Source: Smithella sp.
GTDB taxonomy: Bacteria > Desulfobacterota > Syntrophia > Syntrophales > Smithellaceae
DNA: 64,000 nucleotides
Direction of reading: 5' to 3'
NCBI GenBank assembly: GCA_012510495.1
Contig: JAAZHX010000152.1
Span: 14,857-78,856 of the forward strand
The translations under genes were made by a program, and so were the position numbers. Within the stretch, counting starts at the first letter, position 1. Every line of letters starts with the position of its first letter. Shown piece after piece: positions 46,327 through 53,616 of the stretch. The notes below the pieces were generated by a model. That model searched no databases and was not told the origin of the DNA. It was given only the letters and a program-made list of their open reading frames with translations.

Positions 46327-47727
46327 ATGAAAAAAATGCTGATTCTGCCGCTGGTCTGTGCGGTTTTTCTGGCCGCCTGCACGATGGCGCCGAAATATGA
46401 ACGACCGGAAGCGCCGGTGCCCGGACAGTGGCCGGAAGGCCCCTCCTATCAGGACACGAAACAGCCATCCGGGGCGTCCGTGCCGGCCTGGCGGGACTTT
46501 ATCACCGACCCCCGGCTCCGGGAAGTCGTCGCCGCCGCGCTGGCCAACAATCGGGATTTGCGGGTGGCGGGCCTGAACGTGGAAAAAGCCAAAGCCATGT
46601 TCGGCATCAACCGCGCGACGCTTTTACCGACCGTCAACGCAACCGGAAACTGGCATCAGAATCGGGTTCCGGCGGACCTCTCCTCCTCGGGAAGCGCATA
46701 TACCGCCGAACAGTATAGCGTTAATCTGGGCCTTGCTTCCTGGGAAATCGACTTTTTCGGCCGCATCCGCAGCTTGAAAGACGCCGCGCTGGAGCAATAC
46801 CTGGCCACCGATGAGGCCGGCCGCAGCGCGCAGATTCTGCTGGTGGCAACGGTGACGCAAGCCTACCTGGCCCTGGCCGCCGACCGGGAAGCCCTTCAAC
46901 TGGTTTCCTCAACGCTGGAAGCGCAGGAAACGGCCTATCACATGATTCGGAAACGCCACGAAATCGGTCTGGCCTCTGAGCTGGATCTCCGCCGGGCGCA
47001 AACCCAAGTGGAAACGGCACGGGGCGACGTCGCCCGCTACACGCAGCTCGTCGCGCAGGACGAAAATGGCCTGAACCTTCTTGTCGGGGCTCCCGTTGGG
47101 CCGGATCTGCTTCCCCGAAATCTTTCCGGCGTGACACTGCCCCGGGATATCTCTCCCGGCCTCTCGTCCGAAGTGCTGCTCGGCCGGCCGGACGTTCTGG
47201 CGGCGGAACACCGGCTCAAAGCGGCCAACGCCAACATCGGCGCGGCCCGCGCGGCCCTCTTCCCCAGGATTTCGCTTTCGACCTCCATCGGAACGGCCAG
47301 CGCCGACCTGTCGGGTCTTTTCAAAGCCGGTTCGGATGTATGGACATTTGCGCCGCAGATCGTCATGCCGATTTTTGATCCCCGCCTATGGTACGCGTAC
47401 GACGTCACCAAACTCGAAAAGGAAATTTCCGTCGCCCAGTATGAAAAATCCGTTCAGACGGCCTTCCGGGAAGTGGCGGACGCTCTGGCCGAAAAAGGAA
47501 TGGTCAGCCAGCGCGTGGCGGCGCAGCAGTCGCTAGTGGACGCGATGGCCGTTGTTTACCGCCTTTCCGAAATGCGATACGAAAAAGGAATTGACAGCTA
47601 CCTCTCCGTTCTCGACGCGCAGCGATCGCTGTACGGCGCCCAGCAGAGCCTGATCCTGCTGCGGCTGGCCTCGGTCAACAATCTCGTGACTCTGTATAAA
47701 ACGCTGGGTGGAGAAACACCGCCATGA
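46327..47727 (+). CDS. efflux outer-membrane factor lipoprotein (NodT/OprM family)
   Basis: 466 aa; lipobox VFLAAC; APKYERPEAPVP...WRDFITDPRL...NNRDLRVA, the typical OMF N-terminus. Confidence 0.9.
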   Translation: MKKMLILPLVCAVFLAACTMAPKYERPEAPVPGQWPEGPSYQDTKQPSGASVPAWRDFITDPRLREVVAAALANNRDLRVAGLNVEKAKAMFGINRATLLPTVNATGNWHQNRVPADLSSSGSAYTAEQYSVNLGLASWEIDFFGRIRSLKDAALEQYLATDEAGRSAQILLVATVTQAYLALAADREALQLVSSTLEAQETAYHMIRKRHEIGLASELDLRRAQTQVETARGDVARYTQLVAQDENGLNLLVGAPVGPDLLPRNLSGVTLPRDISPGLSSEVLLGRPDVLAAEHRLKAANANIGAARAALFPRISLSTSIGTASADLSGLFKAGSDVWTFAPQIVMPIFDPRLWYAYDVTKLEKEISVAQYEKSVQTAFREVADALAEKGMVSQRVAAQQSLVDAMAVVYRLSEMRYEKGIDSYLSVLDAQRSLYGAQQSLILLRLASVNNLVTLYKTLGGETPP

Positions 47728-48416
47728 CCCGAAACCAGCGCGCATGGACAGCCAGGGAAATCAAATATTTCTTATTGAATCATGTTCTGACATCCGCCAT
47801 CTTTTTCATTTTGCGTCTTTACGCGAAAACGCTCCGCGTGCAAATCGAGGGCGAGGAGAAAGTTCTGAAGCATCTGGAGAGTGAAGGGCGAATCCTCTTT
47901 GCCAGCTGGCACCAACGCCTTTTCGGCGGCTTTTTCGTTCCGCAGTTTTTTCAATGGACGCCCTGCATCATGATCAGCCAGAGCCGCGACGGAGATTTCA
48001 TTTCCAAAATCGTTTCGCGCCTCAACTGGATTCCCGTTCGGGGCTCCAGCACGCGCGGCGGCGCGAAGGCTTTGAAAGCGATGGCGCAGAAAGTTACGGA
48101 AAACCATATTGGCGTTCACATCGTGGACGGGCCCACCGGACCGGCCCGCGTCGTCAAACCGGGGCTGCCGGCGCTGGCCCGGATCGCAAACGCGGTCATC
48201 TGCCCCGCGGTGGTCTCCTATCAAAGGTCCTGGACGGCAAAGAGCTGGGACCGCTTCATGATTCCCAAGCCCTTCACCCGTATCCTGATTCGCTTCGGGG
48301 CCTTCATCACCGTGCCCCGCAACGCAGACCGGAATTTGCTCGAAGCGCTCCGCCGACAGGTGGAACAAAACATGATGGAAGCTTACGAAGCCGCGGACGG
48401 AGGCTGGGGAAAATGA
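47724..48416 (+). CDS. DUF374 (lysophospholipid acyltransferase-like) protein
   Basis: 230 aa; ...FASWHQRLF...MISQSRDGDFISKIV...VHIVDGPTGPA matches DUF374 as I recall it; ATGA overlap with the OMF gene. Confidence 0.7.
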   Translation: MTRNQRAWTAREIKYFLLNHVLTSAIFFILRLYAKTLRVQIEGEEKVLKHLESEGRILFASWHQRLFGGFFVPQFFQWTPCIMISQSRDGDFISKIVSRLNWIPVRGSSTRGGAKALKAMAQKVTENHIGVHIVDGPTGPARVVKPGLPALARIANAVICPAVVSYQRSWTAKSWDRFMIPKPFTRILIRFGAFITVPRNADRNLLEALRRQVEQNMMEAYEAADGGWGK

Positions 48417-48569
48417 CAAATAAGCGCAAACCGGCAAACCTGATGAATTCAACCTGGGCCTGACACTCGACTACGACGGTAAACTGCTTGCGCTCACCAA
48501 CGACTTCTCATGGAACCCCTTTCCGTAAATGCGGACAAATCGTTCTTTCTGAAGACGCGATCTCTGCTG

Positions 48570-48863
48570 CTACATGTGCTGATTCCGCAGCGCCAACTCC
48601 AGAATGCGAAAACCATTCTCCCGGTAATATTTTCGCCGGGGAGCGTTCAGCAACGAACCAAGCTTGACGGAAAAGTCTTTTTTACCGAGCTTTTTGATCG
48701 CCGTAAGAAGTTTTTCCAATATGTCGGCATTGTCGGCCTCAAGAACAATGCCTCTTATGAGCATGAATTCGATATCATGGTCATCGCAAATTTCCTTCCT
48801 GTCAAGAAAGGGTTCAATTTTTGATTTCATCATGTCCTTCAGGGATACGGTCTTCACCAGCAC
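48570..48863 (-). CDS. hypothetical protein in a locally AT-rich segment
   Basis: 97-aa ORF (GTG 48863; alternative ATG 48833/48830). I recognise no family. The base composition is visibly lower in GC than its surroundings. Confidence 0.35.
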   Translation of the reverse strand: MLVKTVSLKDMMKSKIEPFLDRKEICDDHDIEFMLIRGIVLEADNADILEKLLTAIKKLGKKDFSVKLGSLLNAPRRKYYRENGFRILELALRNQHM

Positions 48864-48914
48864 CTGAATCTGGGCGTGCGGGCTGAAAGCAATTGCTCAA
48901 CCGCAAAGCAGCCT

Positions 48915-49640
48915 TCACCCTTTTTTCAACGGCATCGGCTGAACCCATTTTTCATGGTCGCCGTCGTAATACCATTTATCCGGAAAGCCGCGGCGGCGGA
49001 TGAAGGTGGGTTGTTCGGCCCAGCGAAGCAGATCGTGATACGCGTTGTGAATCTTGAGGAAAGCGGCGGTTGTCCCTCCGGCGTCGGGATGATGAATTTT
49101 CACCTGGCGGCGGTAAGCATTTTTAATCACCCTGTGTAATTCAGGACCGGCCAGATCCGCTTTGACCATACCCAAAAGCAGGATGCTTTCCAGCTTGACG
49201 CTGGGAACTTTTACCCATCGGGGGCGCTTGAGCCCCTCGTCCAGGGCCAGCCTTTCGGCCATCTCTAAAACGCGCCTCGACGCCAGATAGGTCTTGGCGG
49301 TTCTTTTTTCCTCAGCCCACCAGGCGTCCCCCAGCCGGTTGCTCATCTTTCCGAAATCTTCCGCCGGTTTGACACCGGCCGCGCGGCGAGCCTTGTAGCG
49401 AAAGACCTCCCGAACGCCTCGCACAACCACATCCAGAACAATCAGCGTATCCGTAAAATAAAATGTCGCATAACGCGCGTTCAGAGCCCGCATCAGACCG
49501 CTTCGCGTATTGAGTTTCTGTCGGAGATGCTGACGGCACCGGATGGAGCAATAGCGGCGCCTGCCGATGTTTCCCGCGCCGCAGGAAAGACAAACGCCTT
49601 TGGGGAAAGAATGAACGGAAGTTTTTCTTTTGACCAACAT
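48915..49640 (-). CDS. J-domain protein with N-terminal zinc-ribbon-like motif
   Basis: 241 aa with CLSCGAGNIGRRRYCSIRC (CxxC...CxxxC) near the N-terminus. A C-terminal J domain, LHRVIKNAYRRQVKIHHPDAGGTTAAFLKIHNAYHDLL, carries the HPD tripeptide. Confidence 0.65.
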   Translation of the reverse strand: MLVKRKTSVHSFPKGVCLSCGAGNIGRRRYCSIRCRQHLRQKLNTRSGLMRALNARYATFYFTDTLIVLDVVVRGVREVFRYKARRAAGVKPAEDFGKMSNRLGDAWWAEEKRTAKTYLASRRVLEMAERLALDEGLKRPRWVKVPSVKLESILLLGMVKADLAGPELHRVIKNAYRRQVKIHHPDAGGTTAAFLKIHNAYHDLLRWAEQPTFIRRRGFPDKWYYDGDHEKWVQPMPLKKG

Positions 49641-49656
49641 GCCGTGATGCGAATCG

Positions 49657-49683
49657 GCCGGTTTGTCAAGATGACAAACCGGC
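49657..49683 (-). other. perfect 11-bp GC-rich hairpin between the carbonic anhydrase and J-domain genes
   Basis: GCCGGTTTGTC-AAGAT-GACAAACCGGC. No U-tract follows on either strand. Confidence 0.5.
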
Positions 49684-49703
49684 GCTGTCTGTCCTCCAAA
49701 TAC

Positions 49704-50315
49704 TTATCGCGCCGCCAAATATCCCCTGGCCAGAGCCTTGTTAACGTGCAGAACGCCCTTGTTCATCTCCCTCATCGGATAATCGGCGGTGATCGCGGGC
49801 AGCGCGTCGGCGTCGGCCTGAGTCTTGACCACCGATCCTCCCGGCACATATCGTCCGTCCGCCACCCGGACGCCGATGACCATGGCGCCCGGCTCGATGA
49901 CGCAGTTTTTTCCAACAAACGATCTGAAAACCAGCGCCCTCATGCCGACAAAGGTGTCGTCCATGATGACGGCCGGTCCGTGAATATGCGCCTGATGCGC
50001 CAGCGACACACGACATCCGACATACACCGCATATTTTTTCCCGTCCACCTCCACGCGGTTTTTCTCCACGGGCTTGCCGTCCAACTCCGTTTCCAGCGCG
50101 TGAATTATCACGCCGTCTTGAATATTGGAATCATCTCCCACGTGGAGCGGCTGGCCTTCGTCGCCGCGCACGGACGCCATCGGCGAGACCATGACGTTTT
50201 TCCCCAGCACAACGCTGCCGATAACCGCCGCCAGCGTATGCACGTAAGTGCCCTCCCCGATCACCGGCTCGGACACGTTCTGGCAAAAATCCGTTTTTAC
50301 GTTTTTTTCGATCAT
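49704..50315 (-). CDS. gamma-class carbonic anhydrase, Cam type
   Basis: ATG 50315 follows GGAGGG. NVMVSPMASVRGDEGQPLHVGDDSNIQDGVIIHALETE...VSLAHQAHIHGPA closely parallels Methanosarcina thermophila Cam as I recall it, including the His zinc ligands and both Glu residues. Confidence 0.85.
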   Translation of the reverse strand: MIEKNVKTDFCQNVSEPVIGEGTYVHTLAAVIGSVVLGKNVMVSPMASVRGDEGQPLHVGDDSNIQDGVIIHALETELDGKPVEKNRVEVDGKKYAVYVGCRVSLAHQAHIHGPAVIMDDTFVGMRALVFRSFVGKNCVIEPGAMVIGVRVADGRYVPGGSVVKTQADADALPAITADYPMREMNKGVLHVNKALARGYLAAR

Positions 50316-50384
50316 ATTTACCCTCCGCTTGTGTGTTGTATGTCTGCGTCTCTTCCCTTGGCGGCCAAACGACACGGCAACCCG

Positions 50385-51014
50385 TCAAGCTTCCGTCTTC
50401 AGCGCCTTTGCTTTTTCTCTGACCAGCAAATCCTCCCAGACTGCCGCGACTTTTCTTTCCGTGTCTTCCACCGCGCATTGATTGTCGATCACGAGGGTCG
50501 CCAGTTGTATTTTATCGTAAATCGGCATCTGGTTGGCCAGTCGCAATTCGGCATCCTCCCGGCAAACGGCGTTGCGCGCCATCAGGCGCTCCATCTGCTG
50601 TTCCGGCTCAATGACGACCAGAATCGTCAGGTCAAACAGATCCTGCATCCCGCTTTCAAAAAGAAGAGGCACATCGGAAAAAACAATCGCGTGAGGCGCC
50701 TGCGCCCTGATTTTTTCGAGACGGGAACGCCATTCCTCAAATACCCGCGGATGAACGATGGCGTTGAGTTTCCGAAGTTGCTCCGGGGAGCGGAAGACAA
50801 TGTCCGCCATTTTGCCGCGGTCGATGGTCTGATCGGGCAGCAGGATCTCCGATCCGAAACACTGGACGATCTCCTGCCAGGCGGGCTTTCCCGGCGCCTG
50901 CGCTTCATGGGCCAGTTTGTCAAAATCTATCAGACTGCCACCCAGGCGCACAAACATTTCCGCAACGGTTGATTTTCCGCAGGCAATTCCGCCCGTTAAT
51001 CCCACATTCAGCAT
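50385..51014 (-). CDS. coaE: dephospho-CoA kinase
   Basis: 209 aa; VGLTGGIACGKST P-loop. Confidence 0.9.
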   Translation of the reverse strand: MLNVGLTGGIACGKSTVAEMFVRLGGSLIDFDKLAHEAQAPGKPAWQEIVQCFGSEILLPDQTIDRGKMADIVFRSPEQLRKLNAIVHPRVFEEWRSRLEKIRAQAPHAIVFSDVPLLFESGMQDLFDLTILVVIEPEQQMERLMARNAVCREDAELRLANQMPIYDKIQLATLVIDNQCAVEDTERKVAAVWEDLLVREKAKALKTEA

Positions 51015-51017
51015 TAG

Positions 51018-51794
51018 TCACTTCTTGTTGCGTTCATAGATAATTCGCAGGCCGTCCAGCGTCAGCCTTTCTTCAATCTTGTCGATGGTCTTTGCTTCCT
51101 GCGCAATCACCCGCGCCAGCCCCCCAGTGGCAATGACCAGGGGATTGGTTTTGACTTCCGCTTTCATCCGATTGACGATGCCGTCCACCAGGCCGGCGTA
51201 ACCAAACATAATGCCCGCCTGGATAGCGCTGACGGTGTCCTTGGTAACAATGGTCTTCGGCTTGCCGAATTCGACGCGGGGCAACTTGGACGCCCTTTCA
51301 AAAAGCGCTTCGCTGGAAATCACAATCCCCGGCGAGATGCAGCCCCCCATATATTCTCCCCGGGCCGAAACATGGTCAAAGGTCGTCGCCGTTCCAAAAT
51401 CAACGATGATCAATTCCTGACGGTATTTGTCATAGGCGGCCACGGCATTGACAATCCGGTCCGCGCCTACTTCCTTGGGATTGTCGTAAAAGATCGGCAT
51501 GCCGGTTTTAATACCCGGGCCGACGATCACCGGCATGATGTTGAAATACTTGACGCAGAGGGGCTCCAGAATATTGAGCATCGGCGGCACGACGCAGGAA
51601 ATAATAATCGCCCGGACGGATTTTATCTCTTTGACTCTCATGCGGGTGGACTGGTAGAGGTTGTAAATCAGCACGCCGTATTCATCAATGGTATGATCGA
51701 TCTCCGTCCGGATTCGCCAGTCGTGCAGCAGATGATCCCTGTCAAAAAGGCCCAGCACGGTGTTCGTATTGCCCACGTCAATCACCAGCAGCAT
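51018..51794 (-). CDS. coaX: type III pantothenate kinase
   Basis: 258 aa; [17 protein letters not shown]...[12 protein letters not shown]... Confidence 0.9.
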   Translation of the reverse strand: MLLVIDVGNTNTVLGLFDRDHLLHDWRIRTEIDHTIDEYGVLIYNLYQSTRMRVKEIKSVRAIIISCVVPPMLNILEPLCVKYFNIMPVIVGPGIKTGMPIFYDNPKEVGADRIVNAVAAYDKYRQELIIVDFGTATTFDHVSARGEYMGGCISPGIVISSEALFERASKLPRVEFGKPKTIVTKDTVSAIQAGIMFGYAGLVDGIVNRMKAEVKTNPLVIATGGLARVIAQEAKTIDKIEERLTLDGLRIIYERNKK

Positions 51795-51800
51795 AAATCG

Positions 51801-52610
51801 TTACCCCTTCTTAACCGTCGCGTCTCCCGATGCAACCTTGACCTTTTTGTTGCCGTCCGTCCGGATCACCAGAGAACCGTCTTCATCCAGATCCGCCGCC
51901 ACTCCGCTGACGGTTTCGTTCCCGAACAGGACCGAAACCGGCTTGCCGATCATGGCAGTCCGTTCAAGCCATTTTTTCCTGAGGGGCGCAAACCCGTTTT
52001 GCGCCAGTTCCATATAACATTTTGCCAGGTTTTCATACAGCAGAATGATCAATTCCAGGCGGGATGCTTCCCTCCCTGTCTCCGCAGACAAGGAGGTGGC
52101 CATCGTTCGAATATCCTCCGGAAATTTTTCAAGATTCCAATTGACATTCACGCCGATACCCACAACGACAAAATCGATAGCGCCCGCCGCCGTTTTCATT
52201 TGCGTCAGAATGCCGCAGACCTTTTTTCCGCCGATCTGCGCGTCATTGGGCCATTTCAGGAAAACCTTACCCGGGCAATAGTGGTCGAGCGTTTCGGCGA
52301 CGGCCACGCCCGCCGCCAGGGAAATCTGCGGCGCGCGTTCCGGCTCAAAGCGCGGACGCAAAATAACGGACGTGTAAATATTGGCGCCCGGAGGCGAGTG
52401 CCAGGTACGCTGCATCCTCCCCCTGCCCGCGCTCTGACGCTCCGCGATCAACGCCGTTCCTTCCGGTGCTCCCCGCGCACCCAGCCGAAACGCCTCGTCA
52501 TTGGTAGAGCCGGTTTCTTCGTAATAGTGCAGCGAATGGCCGATGAATTTTCCGGCAAGATGTTTTTTCAGGGATGCTTCGTTCAAGGGCATATAAGGTG
52601 CAAGTTTCAA
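51801..52610 (-). CDS. birA: biotin--[acetyl-CoA-carboxylase] ligase (no N-terminal HTH)
   Basis: 269 aa; QSAGRGRMQRTWHSPPG (GRGRxxRxWxSP motif); KWPNDAQIGGKKVCGIL. Confidence 0.85.
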   Translation of the reverse strand: MKLAPYMPLNEASLKKHLAGKFIGHSLHYYEETGSTNDEAFRLGARGAPEGTALIAERQSAGRGRMQRTWHSPPGANIYTSVILRPRFEPERAPQISLAAGVAVAETLDHYCPGKVFLKWPNDAQIGGKKVCGILTQMKTAAGAIDFVVVGIGVNVNWNLEKFPEDIRTMATSLSAETGREASRLELIILLYENLAKCYMELAQNGFAPLRKKWLERTAMIGKPVSVLFGNETVSGVAADLDEDGSLVIRTDGNKKVKVASGDATVKKG

Positions 52611-52684
52611 GATTTAAGAATTAAGTTAAGGGCCATCCGCTGTCGGAACAGCAATAAATCCCTTCCCGCTCCTGTCTCCTGCCT

Positions 52685-53530
52685 TCATCCTGTTATCCTC
52701 AGCGAAATATCAGCCGCGCGGACGGAATGGGTGAGTGCGCCCACGGAAATCATATCAACACCCGTTGAGGCAATTTCGCGGACGCGCTTCAGTGTGACAT
52801 TACCGGACGCCTCGATGAAAGCGCGGCCCGCAACCCAGTCCACGGCCTTTTTCATGGCATGGATCGTCATGTTATCCAGCATGATGATGTCGGCGCCGCA
52901 AACCAGGGCTTCTTTGACTTCCCGCAGGTTTTTGGTTTCCACCTCGATTCGCAGCGGCTTTTTCAGCTGCTTGCGCAGGATTGCCACTGCAGGAGCAATG
53001 CCGCCTGCCGCCTCGATATGGTTGTCCTTGATCAGCACGGCGTCGAACAGGCCGAAGCGGTGATTAGTTCCGCCTCCCAGGCGAACCGCCATCTTGTCCA
53101 AAACCCTGAGACCCGGAACGGTTTTTCGCGTGTCATAAATTTTTGCTTTTGTTTTGCCGACGGCATCCACGTAGGCGGCGGTCAGTGTCGCAATGCCGCA
53201 CATGCGCTGGAAAAAATTCAGCGCCGTGCGCTCGGCCTGCAGAATTCCGGACAATCGGCCTTCCACCCGCGCGAGGACCGCGCCTTTCCTTACCCGGCTC
53301 CCGTCGGCAGCCACTTTCCTGACGACGATGTCCGGATCCAGACATTGAAATACCGCTTCAAAAACCTCCAGACCCGCAACAATAAAATTCTCTTTGGCCA
53401 CCGCAACCGCCCGGCTCTTTTTTTTCGGATGAACGGTGCCCCGCGTGGTAATGTCGCCCGTGCCGATGTCCTCGGCCAGGGCGTCCCTGATGATTTTTTG
53501 AATTCGGGAATCGATCATTTTCGGCTTCAT
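52685..53530 (-). CDS. nadC: nicotinate-nucleotide diphosphorylase (carboxylating)
   Basis: ATG 53530 is chosen within the longer track ORF. ALAEDIGTGDITT...TRKTVPGLR...GGGTNHRFGLFDAVLIKDNH. Confidence 0.9.
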   Translation of the reverse strand: MKPKMIDSRIQKIIRDALAEDIGTGDITTRGTVHPKKKSRAVAVAKENFIVAGLEVFEAVFQCLDPDIVVRKVAADGSRVRKGAVLARVEGRLSGILQAERTALNFFQRMCGIATLTAAYVDAVGKTKAKIYDTRKTVPGLRVLDKMAVRLGGGTNHRFGLFDAVLIKDNHIEAAGGIAPAVAILRKQLKKPLRIEVETKNLREVKEALVCGADIIMLDNMTIHAMKKAVDWVAGRAFIEASGNVTLKRVREIASTGVDMISVGALTHSVRAADISLRITG

Positions 53531-53616
53531 TTCAACAAACACAAACGCCGTAGAGAACGGCTTTAAACCGTTTTCCACAAAGCACCCCGGCAGAGATCCG
53601 GCCACGGGAAGCGATT

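Noticed and set aside
48420-48510. Short reading frame NLGLTLDYDGKLLALTNDFSWNPFP after the DUF374 gene
   Set aside because: It is too short, has no start codon or SD, and I recognise no family. It may be another gene remnant, but I cannot support that.
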